A stretch of DNA of 64,000 nucleotides from Chrysomallon squamiferum. Lineage: Eukaryota; Animalia; Mollusca. Positions 1-12,825 of the stretch are shown one piece after another (the first letter of the stretch is position 1; each line of letters opens with the position of its first letter). The DNA lies in the NCBI GenBank assembly GCA_012295275.1, contig CM022666.1:14322001-14386000 (forward strand), read 5' to 3'. The notes below the pieces were generated by a model. It saw only the letters and a program-made list of their open reading frames with translations. It was not told the origin of the DNA and did no database searches. Both the position numbers and the translations under genes were made by a program.

Positions 1-23
1 ATATATCTGAAATAATAATAAGA

Positions 24-62
<39 letters not shown>

Positions 63-410
63 CCATATACCTCTACTAATAGTAGTAATAATAGAGATGA
101 TGACTGTGACAATGATGATGATAATAATAAATAATAAAAAAGAATGATAACTGGTAAGAACAAAAAGAGAAATAAAAACCCACAAAAAAAACACTGATCC
201 ATAATAAAAAAATATAAAAAAATTTCTTTTAATATGTACATCTCAGAGAAAGTAATATATGAACAAAAGCAGTTGGCTTGCAAGAAAGATGTGTAAAGCT
301 AAATCTTAAGCCAATAATAATAAGAAATAAACAGTAAGGAAAAAGTCCTTAAAAGCAACTTCAGTAATACAAAAGAATAGAAATCTTGCATATTTAATTT
401 AGAATTGTTA

Positions 411-462
<52 letters not shown>

Positions 463-1208
463 GTCACATCCAATTTATTTCATCATTTTTGACCACAATT
501 TATTAATATAAGTAAATAAATAAGCGAATAAATAAATAAACAAACAAATAAAGAAAGAAAGAAAGAAAGAAATAATTCTGAAAAGTTATTACTGTTTAAC
601 AAAACTGTATTTATCTATTGTTTGTTTGTTTGTTTTATATTTTTCTCATATTCTTATTTTCGATGATGTGACTTGTGTAAATTGCCCGGTCAGCATCCGC
701 TGATTGACAAGACAAACATAACCTCGAGATTTTTATTTAAAAAATTAAAAAAACAAAACAAAAAAAAAACCAGCATAAATATATTATTATTCTGATAAAC
801 AATATCATTAATTTATTGCTATATTTTCAGGTAAATTGAAATCGTCAAACATCTGTAATTGTTTTTGTAAAAGAAACTTCTGATAAAAATCAGCGTTCAC
901 AAAATACTTACAGGAAGTAAAAACGTCAATACTTAACCGAAGTTAAGGTTAGGACTAAAGAAAGTACATTTCCAAAATATAAAATTATTATTTTGTAAAC
1001 AAGACGTGAGCGGAATGAATTCAGATGCATTCATGATATTCTGGTAGGTAATTTTAAATAAACAAGATTTAACAATTGATCAGGCTTAAAAAGAATTTAA
1101 AAGGTAAAACTCGGAACTGAAAGAGCCTTACATAATAATACGCGTTAAAATGTACGTTGATAAATGCATTAATCTAATTATTTTTGTCTTTTGCTTACTG
1201 AAACTGTT

Positions 1209-1257
<49 letters not shown>

Positions 1258-1464
1258 AAGACGATATTTTCATACAGCACGTGCAAAACATGTCCGTCAG
1301 CAGCCTATAACGGGACTGTGGAAATTATGTTGTGTTGCAAAATGCACGAGTTTTCGAATTAATGAAAAATAATTCATAGCTATTTTTTATTATTATTATT
1401 ATTATTTTTATTATTCTTCTTATTATTATTTTTATTATTATTTATTTATTTATTTATTTATTTG

Positions 1465-1516
<52 letters not shown>

Positions 1517-2008
1517 CCCCCCACCCACCCATTTATTAGGATATATATTTTCACACGTCTGAGTGCATTATATAGGCTGCTTCTACTTAATTCATTAATC
1601 ATAAATAATGTTGTAAATCTTAACTGCAAAATCTCCTTTACTTTTTGTATAAATTTAAATAATAAATAACTCATTCAGATCTCAAGAATTTTCGTGCACT
1701 GCAAGCACTAATTCACAATGCACGTGAAATCCGTGTTACTTCACTGCAACGAGCTACGTTTTATCCAGTGAAGTAGTAAGACATTAAATATCAGTACACT
1801 TTTTCTGGAATTCAGAATGTATTGTGTTATCTTAATTCTAGTTTTTTTTTTTTATGAATTAATACATTAAATAATAATACACTTTTTCTGGAATACAAAA
1901 TCCATTTTGTTATCTTAATTCTTTGTTTCAAATCTCCTTCATTTATATATTTATTTTGACATTTTATAAATATATGTATTGCGCATTTTCCCGGGAATAC
2001 ATTTATTA

Positions 2009-2059
<51 letters not shown>

Positions 2060-2271
2060 GAAATATAAATATCAGTAGGAAAGAACAGGATCAACTCTCT
2101 CTCTCTCTCTGTAGGTGTTTATTTTTGTTGTTTTATTTTGTTACTTCAGCTTAATGTTTTCCTTTTACCAAAATAGAATTCCATTTCATGCCAAACTAAA
2201 TGAATAAATAAATAAATAAAGTAAAATTATATTAATAATAACTTTATTTAATTTTTTTTTTTTTTTTTTTT

Positions 2272-2305
<34 letters not shown>

Positions 2306-2397
2306 AAGAAAAAAAGGAAAGGAAAATAAACAGATAAAAACAAAACAAAAACTTAAATTTATTTTATTTCATTTCTCAAGTTGGGTTGTACAAATAT

Positions 2398-2429
<32 letters not shown>

Positions 2430-2892
2430 AAGTAATTCACGTTCTGACAATATTTCGTTTTACTGATATTTAAACAGCTGTTACAATGTATAAAAATACA
2501 TTTATTTTAGATATAAAACTTTTTACAAAATTCAGTATATTCAAAGAATAAACCTGTTTTAACCTGTTTTAAATGAAACAAATGTTAAATCAGCGATACA
2601 GATATGAACACTGAATTAAAATAAAATAAAATAAAAAAAAAAAATAAATAAATAAACAAACAAACAAAATAAAATAAAATAAAATAAATAAACTAATAAA
2701 TAAATAAATATATAAATACATAAAAAAAATAGATAAAATAAAAGAAAGAAAGAAACAAAACACTAACAATAAAAAAAAAAAAAAAAAAAAATGATTTTAA
2801 AAATCTCTCTCTCTCTCTCTCTCTCAAGCATACATACAAACCTCTAATTTTAAAGACATAATACATAAGCATTTTCAAAATACTACTAATTC

Positions 2893-2933
<41 letters not shown>

Positions 2934-3361
2934 TAACACTCAGAATAATACTAGATTGGTTAGTTTTCTTACCACACTACTGTTTCAAACGATTAAGAAA
3001 AAAAAAAAATTCTTTCACATGATCAAAAAAAAAAAAAAAAAATACAAATTCATTCAAATGGTCAAGAAAAATATACAGCTTCTTTCAAATGTTCAAGTGA
3101 AATATACAAATTCTTTCAAACAATCATGAAAAATATACAAATTCAAGCAAGGGATTCAGAAAACACACACACAAAAAAAAGACTGCTAATATAACTGAAT
3201 ATGGGCTATAAAGAAGAAAAAGAACAACAAAAACAAAAATGTCCTTAGGCTAAAAGCAAAAATAGAAAAACAATTAAAAATTTTGGAAGCGATTCAGGTC
3301 TTTTTTTTCCCATACCCTTGCATTTCTACATGTTGAAAATATAGCTAAATGTTTAGAAATT

Positions 3362-3427
3362 TTATTTGTCCTCTTCATAAGGTTGATCTATCCTTTCTTG
3401 ATCAGGTAAACGAGCTCTGCTCCGAAA
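3362..3427 (-). CDS. iGluR-like terminal exon (FRSRARLPDQERIDQPYEEDK*)
   Basis: Strong polypyrimidine tract plus TAG acceptor. Open in phase 0 to TAA at 3364-3362. Confidence 0.7.
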   Translation of the reverse strand, partial: FRSRARLPDQERIDQPYEEDK

Positions 3428-4118
3428 CTAGAAAAGAGAAAAACAAACAAACACATAATTATATAATAGTGATTAAAATAGCATTGATAATCATAATAGT
3501 AACTTTTATATATCTGCTGTATGGTAAATAGAAGTAAGAGTTATAGCAATAGTAATATTAGAAATAGTAATAGCAAAAGTAATATTAATAATAGTAATAG
3601 CAACATTAATATTAGTAATAGTAATAGCAATAGTAATAGTAGTAACAGTAATAGCAATAGTAATATTAGTAATAGTAATGGTATTTGTAATTGTAGAATT
3701 AATTAATAGTGGTATTAGGCCTAGTAACAGTAGTAGTAATAATTCTGATTGTGGAACTAGTAGTAGTGATAGTAGTAGTAGTAGTAGCAGTAATAGTAGT
3801 AGTAGTAGTAATAGTAGTAGTAGCAGTAGCAGTAGTAGTAGTAATAGTAGTAGTAGCAGTAGTAGTAATAAAAGTAGTAACTGTGATGGTGCTTTTTAAA
3901 AAAAAAGCACTAACATAAGTGAGAGATTCAGTGAATTAAAAATAATATATTAATACTACTTCTACAACTACTACTTGTATTGTTAGCTGTAGATTTTGTA
4001 GAATAGTAGTGGCAGTGCTTATTATAAAAACTGATTCTACAAAGTATAGTAGTAATAGTGTTATATTTACAACAAAAACAAGTACATCTGTTACAGTTTC
4101 AGCAACAAGAAATAATAC

Positions 4119-4153
<35 letters not shown>

Positions 4154-4236
4154 CAAAATTATTATTATCAAAAAGTGTAATATAACAACAACAACAATAG
4201 TAATAGCAATAAGTGGGAGTAGTAGTAGTGATAGTG

Positions 4237-4270
<34 letters not shown>

Positions 4271-5689
4271 TGGTAGTAATAATAGTGGTGATGGTAGCAG
4301 CAATAGATTGCAATAGTAGTAATGGTGTTAACAGAGTAGTGGAAGAACTAGACGTAGTAGTAGTAGTAGTAACAGTAGTTGCTGAAGATTAAGCATTTGT
4401 TCTATTCGAAATATACATTTACCTGAAGGCCCTTACGTCGTGCATAGATCCGTTCGACTACCAAAATGACGGCACTGCTGATACAACCCAGCAACTGCAG
4501 AATTAAGGCGGCAGCGAAGGTGCGGAGTGTTACAGCTTTTTGCAGCTTGACGTCAGGCGTACCACCGAACGTGTCGAGAAATGCTAGTCCGTGGAAATAT
4601 AGTTCCTTGTCTTGTTTCTCATTACAGCCGCTGTACATCCACTTCTGTTTGGTTTTGTAAATGAAGTCGTTTTCTCTCATTTCTAGAATGTGTTCGTCAA
4701 ACTCGTCGCAAAGAGAGCTGTCCTTCTGACAGGCGAACCCGTACGCATGCTCAGTGAGGCCGTCTCCAACAACAATCAAATCACACGGTTCTGTGTTGGC
4801 TGCGGACTCCAACAGCGGTCCGTTTGCAATCATGGCATAATCGCCGTTGGACGATCGAACTTTTTGGATTCCGTCGACGAATTTATCGAACAAGACACTC
4901 GATCCTGCATCCTCTATGGCTTTGAAGAGAGTCTTTTCCAACGATCTGTTGGAGTTTTTCAAATAGTTGTAAGTGAAGCCATTGCTAAGAGTTCCGTATT
5001 TTACGCTCCTCTGTTTGGACAGTTCGTCGAAAGAGACGAACGGCATGGATCTGAAGTTCGGCTCTCTGGTCAGAAAGAGAGCAGTCAGATTGGCCATGAA
5101 CGTGACGATTGTGAGAATACAGAATATCCACCAGGTAGCCGCCAGAACGCGCCCCGACAAGGATCTAGGAGCAGACGTATAACCTGGAATAGATGTGAAG
5201 AATTTCATCATTTTGTTCAAACAAGATCAAATAGTGTCGCCAAAGCTATTTCAAACCACTGAACAGTAAAATGTTTTAATGCTGCCTTTAGTATTTTTTT
5301 TTCTCGTGCAGTGTCACTTTATTTTCAAAGTATTTCATAAAGATGAAAATAAAATCTGTCTGTCATTGAACCATGTTTTACTTATCTACGTGTTTCTTTG
5401 ATTTTTATAAAAGTTACATTGTTTATTAGATAGATTTAAATTTTCAGGTCTAAACAGAGAACTGTGGCAAAAAAAAAGACTTATCGTAGGTACACAGAAT
5501 AAACATATCTAAACTGAATAAATTATAGTTGAAACTAGATGATTATGGGTATATACATAAACTTTTATAAATGTACATTTAAATATATCTAGAAAGTTAG
5601 TTGAAACACTCTCTCTCAGATAATTTCTCTCTCTCTCTCTCTCTATTATATCTCTCGTCTATTTGTCTGTCTGTCTGACTATCTATCTA

Positions 5690-5728
<39 letters not shown>

Positions 5729-6186
5729 GTCTATCTATCTATCAACCTATTTGTATGTCTGTCTATCGATCTATATATCTATCTGTCTGTGTATCTATCT
5801 ATCCAAAACACATACCTTGCCACGTGAGAGAACTAAAGGTGTAGAGGAAGCTGTTAAAGAGAGTCATCCCTTCATACGTGGCGACTTTCCCGACAAACTG
5901 GTCGTCTTCAAATGGACTGATTCGACCAATCACGAAGAAGAGGAGACTGACGCCAACGAAGAACAGAATGATGACGAACCAGAGACCGGGCGAGAAGGGC
6001 CTGAGGAGGATCATAACGGATTCGTAGCTGACCCAGGGAGACGGCTGCTTGTACAGAATTTTCAAACCTGCCGTCATGTACGGTTGGCTGAATTTAACAA
6101 CCTGTGCCCTCTTTGAAGCGATTCTTAATGGTGCAGCGGCAATATCTGCTGACTGTAATGATAATAATAATAATAGTAGTAATAAT

Positions 6187-6231
<45 letters not shown>

Positions 6232-6256
6232 TAATACTACTACTACTAATAATAGA

Positions 6257-6294
<38 letters not shown>

Positions 6295-6378
6295 CAACAA
6301 CAACAACAACAACAATAATGATATTAATGATGATATGAAAGGTAAATATAATGATGATGTTAACAATAATAATAATTC

Positions 6379-6411
<33 letters not shown>

Positions 6412-7703
6412 AATAATAATAATAATAATAATAATAATAGGAAGAAGAAGAAGTAGAAGAAGAAAAAGAAGAAGTATATAATGATAATAAAAAGAAACAA
6501 AATGAAGTAGAACAACAACAGTAATAAAGGTAAAAATTAAATAAATAATAATAAATATGAATTTAATTTATTTATTTATTTATTTTTATTTATTTATTTA
6601 TTTTTACATAATATTATTTTTTTAATAATTATCTTTATTCCAATAAAGCGGACCACACTTAGTCCTAATGTTTCTTAAACTGATTCATGTTTTCAGTTCT
6701 AATTTGTTCAGATCCAATATATATTACATCATCATTAATATTCGTGCCACTCTGTTATCTACATGTATTTCTATTTCAACCCAGTATTTTTATTGCCAGC
6801 TAAGGCTTATCTTATTAAAAGCCTCTTTCTAAATAAAGATACTATTGATAACCACCTTTTAAATTTGCCCTTAGACAGAACTACGAAAGAATCTACCTTA
6901 TTAACAAGTTTTCCAATCATTCCGTTCCATTGTCCAGGAGTTACTTCCCTTCCATAATTCCCATCATCCACCAGGCTTATTTCGTATGTAAAATTCATTC
7001 GTCGTTTAAGCTCGTCCAGAATATCAATAACAATGCCTTTGAATTGTAGAGAACCCGGAAAATGTATGAGCGACATATAAGGATCTTCCTAAAATCATAA
7101 ACAAAATTAAAAAAAAAAAAAAAAAATGGTATTAAGATGAACCACGTGATTCTAATTATGCGTCCGTGTGTCTTTCTGTCACTTTTGAAGAGTAAGCCTA
7201 CAGCGAATGTGTGTTTTGTTTATGCTTGTGTCTGATTAAATGAGGATGTATTTAAATCGATGTCAGTATGTGCAGATTATAATGTTTTGCTTTGAGCATT
7301 ACAGTAGACCTATTTAAAAAACAGCATTAGTAGCTGTAGAATTGTAAAAGTATCAGCAGTAGTTTAGTATTGGTATTGGTAATAATACAAATGGTGAGTA
7401 GTAGGTAGTAGTAGTGATGGTGGTGGTATGATGTATGTAGAAGTATCTGCAGTTTAGTAGCAGTAGTAGTAACTGAAGTTACAGGAATAGTAGTAGTTGA
7501 TGGTGTTGGTGTTGATGCAATACTAGTAACAGAAGTCTTTTTATTGCAGTAGCAGTCGTCATGATAGTGACGGTAGTTGTTGAAGTGGTAGTAATTAAAG
7601 TTGTAGTAGTAGATGGAGTCATGGTGGTTGTAGTAGCTGATATAATATGAATGCTATCAGAGTTGTATTAGTGTCAGTAATAAATGTTGTCATAGTTGTA
7701 GTG

Positions 7704-7736
<33 letters not shown>

Positions 7737-8505
7737 ATAATATTTATGATGGTGGTGGTAGAAGTAGTAGTAGTAGCAGTAGTAGTGGTAGTAATAATAT
7801 TTGTGATGGTGGTGGTAGAAGTAGTAGTAGCAGCAGTAGTAGTGGTAATAATAGTAGTAATAGTAGTAGCTGTAGTAGTATCAGTAATTATTCAGAGTTT
7901 TAGTCATAAAGTGAAATATTAATTGTTAATTAGTTCTTAAATGTTATTTTAAATAATTATAAAATAAATATAAAATAATGGATAATGTAAGACAAAAACG
8001 TCACATACCGGAATTGTCACTACTTTATAGTGTTTCGGCGACGGTGTCTAAAAATAGATGTAAAATAAATAAATAAATAAACAAAACGAGATTATTAATA
8101 ATAGCTGCAACAACAACATAAACAGCATCATCAACAACAACAACAATAACAACAACCATAACAGTAACACCGACAACAATAAAGTCAACAACAACAACAA
8201 CAACAATAATAATAATAAAAATAATATGAAATCAGATCAGAATTCATCGTTAAGGATGTTGAAAAGAGAGAAGAAGCTAGACTCTGCACGTGCTGTGAGT
8301 TGCTACACGGATGTGTTTGCTTTGACAATAAAATAAAACTGTTATCAGTTACGTTGCCCAGCAAAACTGTAATGTCTTTCAAGATTGATCTACAGACGCT
8401 GAAAAACTAACATAATATTATCAGATAAAAAAACAACAACAACAACAGTATATAAGTAAGTTAAATAAATAAAAATTCAAAATAAAAATAAACAAAGTAA
8501 AGAAT

Positions 8506-8576
<71 letters not shown>

Positions 8577-8593
8577 AAAACAACAACAACAAC

Positions 8594-8624
<31 letters not shown>

Positions 8625-8728
8625 TGAAAATTAATATAATACAACATAACATAGCTCAGTCTTACAACAAGAACAACAGTAATAATAATTACATTTATCA
8701 TCATTATCATGAACTGTCAGTTTGTCTT

Positions 8729-8789
<61 letters not shown>

Positions 8790-9227
8790 ATATATATATC
8801 TGTCTTTTTATGTAGCTATGTATAACTGTTGCTGTTTAACCTTTTTTCGTGCATGACTGAATACGGAGTAGAAGGTGATTACGGGTGGGTTTTTTTTATT
8901 TATGTGGTGTTAAATGGTGGAACGACCTTACCCTGAATAATATTTCGTCAATGTCATGGCAGAGATAGGACAATTATACATGTGCGTTACTTTGTTTTAG
9001 ACGCAAGTTACAGGTTAACCTTTTCTCTTCCTGCTTAATTATTTGTTTCGGGTGTACACCGGTCGGACACTTAGTCTAAACAGATTATTTTCATCATTTG
9101 AATTACTTCGTTAAAACCTTTGCTATAACGTAATACTTATTACATAGCACGTTACATACAAATGTGTACATACCTCGGCCGCAACTGCAGTAAAACAAAC
9201 ACAGAGAAACACCCACAAGGACGCCAT
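3362..9227 (-). CDS. Ionotropic glutamate receptor-like / IR-like ion channel lacking the amino-terminal domain, 6 exons, 482 aa
   Basis: Exons 9227-9174, 8047-8009, 7088-6897, 6152-5816, 5183-4423 and 3427-3362 all have AG/GT boundaries and compatible phases (total 1449 nt). The protein reads signal peptide, S1 (KVVTIPEDPY...DGNYG...WNGMIG...ADIAAAPL...KFSQPYM), M1, pore loop (FNSFLYTFSSLTWQG), PRSLSGR, M3, S2 (YGTL..G.T; PCDL; YGFA), M4 and a short C-tail. Confidence 0.9.
3540..3890. repeat. Degenerate (AGT/AAT)n trinucleotide microsatellite
   Basis: Directly visible. It lies in iGluR-like intron 5. Confidence 0.9.
4423..5183 (-). CDS. iGluR-like exon 5 (M3, S2, M4)
   Basis: PRSLSGRVLAATWWIF (pre-M3 and M3), S2 motifs and a hydrophobic M4. 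TTCCAG acceptor and CAG|GTAAAT donor. Confidence 0.93.
5816..6152 (-). CDS. iGluR-like exon 4 (end of S1, M1, pore helix)
   Basis: SADIAAAPLRIASKRAQVVKFSQPYM...LRPFSPGLW (M1)...ISPFE...TLFNSFLYTFSSLTWQ. TACAG acceptor and G|GTATGT donor. Confidence 0.92.
6897..7088 (-). CDS. iGluR-like exon 3 (S1 lobe: EDPYMSL...DGNYG...WNGMIGKLVNK)
   Basis: Typical iGluR S1 motifs (G..IDILDEL...NFTYEI..V.DG.YG; WNGMIG). 192 nt between AG and GT. Confidence 0.92.
8009..8047 (-). CDS. iGluR-like exon 2, 39-nt mini-exon (TPSPKHYKVVTIP)
   Basis: TTTTTAG acceptor and CCG|GTATGT donor. It encodes the first strand of S1 (KVVTI), which continues in frame into EDPYM of the next exon. Confidence 0.8.
9174..9227 (-). 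CDS. iGluR-like exon 1 (signal peptide MASLWVFLCVCFTAVAAE)
   Basis: ATG at 9227, 18 codons, hydrophobic core with an AVAA cleavage-like end, followed by a GAG|GTATGT donor in phase 0. Confidence 0.8.
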
Positions 9228-11793
9228 ATTGCCGGTGGTACGCTGGTATGTTTTGTGTTTAGTGAGCTGGGTGTTTCGCCCTGTGAATACCGGTCTTTGT
9301 GTTGCGTCTGTGCAAGTTCAGGAAAGTAGGACAAATTCACGGCTCGGATTAACTATTAGCATTTTAAGGCCGGTTAAAAATAAAGGTCGCGTTTGGGTCG
9401 AAAAGTCAAGGATTTTTAAAATGAATACGAAATTAATTAATCGATGCTTTAACATAACATATCGCCACAAGTTTAATTTGAGCGATGTCAAGTTTGAAGT
9501 GCACCCTTACTGATATGAGGAAAGAGAGCCGTTGTATTATGCGTACTTCTAAGTTATGTTTTATTTGCGTTTAGTCATTATCTTAGTAAAAGAAAAAAAA
9601 AATGTATAAAAACAAAAGGTAGTCTTTAAAAGTAATCTCACTGTTGCTATTTTTATTTTATTTTATTTTTTATTTTTTTTTTTTTTTTGGCAATTGTGAC
9701 GTGTTCGGTTACAGGGCGACCTGATTTGCTCAAATTTCTCCGTGAGCTATGACGTCACAACTTCAGTTATGAAATATCAGTTTGACAGCGTTTAAACATG
9801 TTGTAACTGTATTATTTTACTGTTGTACTTTGTTACATGAGAGATCATATGTCACACAAAGCAATAAAATAATAACTTTAATCTATAAATATTTGTATTA
9901 CACTATTGCCACCTTGATACGCACGCTTTAATACTTAGACAACTGACACTAACGACAACAACAATAACGACGACGACAACAACAATAACAACGCTAATAA
10001 TAATTATAACAGTAACAACAATAGGTTTTTTTCTTTTTGTAAAGTTTAACGGAAACATAATTTATTTTTCAAATATAATATGTCTGTGACAGAATTCATG
10101 TTATGCAAATGAATCTATAAACTGCAATAAATGTGATAACTAATCATTTGTTTCATAGTCGTTTATGAAATAAGAGACACACATACACACACACATGGAC
10201 ACAGGAACACACACGCATATAAATCAAACATATTTTAATATATCTTTTATAAGGTTATAATTATTAAAAATCGCACAGGAGATATAGAAGCACACGCGAG
10301 AATGAGAACGAAACGAATAATGCTGAAAGAAACTAGTCATTAATCTTATTTAGCAGAAAGAGAGCATTTATATGCACCTTCCCATTGTAAGTATAACACA
10401 AACTAAAGCAATGGATAAAAACGTAATGAATATTGTACTACAGAGTACCGCTAGCACATTACTGTTGTTATTGCTACTACGACTGTTATTACTACCACTA
10501 CGACTAATAGTAATACAACCACTATTATTGTTATTATTATTACTTTTGCTTAATAATAAGTACTCCTTCTGCTATTACTGATACTACTAGTACTAGTAAT
10601 ACTATTACAACTAGTTTCTAGTACTACCATCATCACTAAATCTATCATGACTTCTGTCATTACTAGAACTATTACCATTTCTGTTACTGTTAATGTTGCC
10701 ATTGCCACTGCCACTACTACTACAACAAAAACTATTACTACTACTACTACAGCTTCTACGTTAATATTAGTAGCATTATTTTAAACAGATCTGTGATATT
10801 TGTTACATGTATATGTAGGTGTGAGTATACACAATAATATTACTATAATTATGCTTGCGTATGTTTATCGGTTGATTCATTCTTTCTTTCAACCTTTATT
10901 TTATTAGTAAAGTACTCAGTACTATACTTTCGGCTTTATGTAAAGGCAAAACAATTTTAAGCAAACAGAAAACTACGATTAATATCACACGCTGTCGCAT
11001 TATAAATATTATTATTACCTAAGGGAATTAAAAATGTTGCCGACTTTGATGCATTTATTTACGATTACCTCCCTTGTCAGATCTTCACCAGGTAAGAAAC
11101 CACGCCTGTCGGTATTTCTTTTGTTAATATTGACCCGAATCTTTCAGTTGCATCTAATTCGTATTAATTTGCACCATCAGCATTAACTAAAATGTCTGCT
11201 CGCAAAATATTTCGTTTCTAAAGAGATCATTTTCATTAATATCAAACATTTTGTTCTGATCACTTCCACAATCGCTGACATCGGCCATCGCGGTTTTTTT
11301 ATTTGTCCGTTTCTCCAGTTTATTCGATGAAATATCGTACTTTTGGGGAGTATAGAGCATTAATTTTATATCTCACACTAAGAAAAATAAGTGTAGTTTT
11401 GTGAGCATGTTTTATTTATATGTTAATGTTGTTAAACGAAGGCAAATGTAAATAAGAAAAATTAAAATTTGCAGTACTCAGTCTTTTTATGAATTTTGTC
11501 TAATCGTAGACTGGTTCTGTACAGTTTGTTGCGTTGATGTTAGCGCAGGTTTTCGATGCCCTGTAGAAAAGTAGAGACACAGACATAATTATATTAATTA
11601 TAAGCTTATCGATCCGCATTCGTTTTACGCAGGAAGACATTTTTGTTTAAACAGGATAAAATAGTGTCGTGAAAGCTATTTACAGGCTCGGAACAGTAGA
11701 TGTCTGATGTTGCCTTTAGCGAGATTAAAATAAAAATCTATAGCCTGCTAGCAAGCCGTTTGTTGTCGAAGTAAATGTCTTTCCAGTAAATTG

Positions 11794-11832
<39 letters not shown>

Positions 11833-12825
11833 AAAAAAAAAGAAAGAAAAAAGAAAATTTAAAAGAAAAAAGAAAAAAAAGTTATTTTGTCTAAGTGTTG
11901 TCACAATCCTTTCAGAAATTAATTGATTAAGAAATGATGAATAAATTTACGGCACAGATAACTGAAGAAAGGAAACAGAGACAGAGAGACAGACCCACCC
12001 AGCCTGTCATTATAACCGCCACTGCTGTTAGATCCTCGAACTCAAACCGTTAGCTAGTCTTTTCCGTTTTTGTTACGCTGTGCTGTCAAAAAAAAGTAAT
12101 TGATTGATCCATCACGACGGTGTTATAAAAACCCAGATATCGAGCGGATCTCCTCATAATGATATAATACAAATCCAAATACTGGGATGATTATGCTTAA
12201 TGTGTAACGAAGCATTAAAACCCGGATATCGGAATTACCATGTCCAGTTCGTAATAGTGGCTCTTCTCTTATATTTCACTTTTATTGAATAAATTAAATC
12301 ATAAAAGTCGAAACGCGCTGCCTTTTTTCCCTTTGATCGCTCGGTAAAATACTTTTTCTGTACACGCAGGGAAGCTTTGTATATCACGGCTTCAGCAGAA
12401 GCAGACAGAGAGCACTGATTAGAACTGGAAATATGTTGAAAAGGATTAAATTTTCGGTCCATTATGTCTCGGCGAAGTTTTTCTAATCCACAGTAAATTT
12501 AATTTCGTTTCATATTTTATTTATTTTAAATTTGTTTAAAATTTCTGAGATATATACACACACATATATGTTGTATAATTTAAAAACATTTTTTTTTTTA
12601 TATACATATCATGTTTTAGCCCGTCTGGCGCCATTGGAAACAGACAGTGATCTGTAAACAAATAATATAATTAGTTAAATTAACGATTTCTAATGCGTTC
12701 TTATATTTCTGTTTCGATACTGGAGCTATGGTATTAATTAATTATTAACTCAGCTTTTAGCGAAAATCTTTGCTTCTGTAGCATGATGTTAATTAAAAAA
12801 AAAACTATTTCACGTTCTGCTTGTA

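Noticed and set aside
2693-4313. Many ORFs with poly-N/S/V/I/L/T tracts (also at 6094-6481, 7647, 14288, 16742-17101, 28200, 29595-30284, 34385, 35644 and 59454)
   Set aside because: These are translations of di- and trinucleotide microsatellites with no domain content or splice context.
4690-5262. 190-aa plus-strand ORF (also 5751..6116, 12810..13148, 39114..39431 and 45016..45525)
   Set aside because: They are antisense shadows of real coding exons on the opposite strand.
8230-8400. Unique-sequence island in iGluR-like intron 1 as a possible extra (ATD) exon
   Set aside because: The nearby acceptor read in the required phase 0 hits TAG at the third codon. There is no ATD similarity, and exons 1 and 2 already join in frame.
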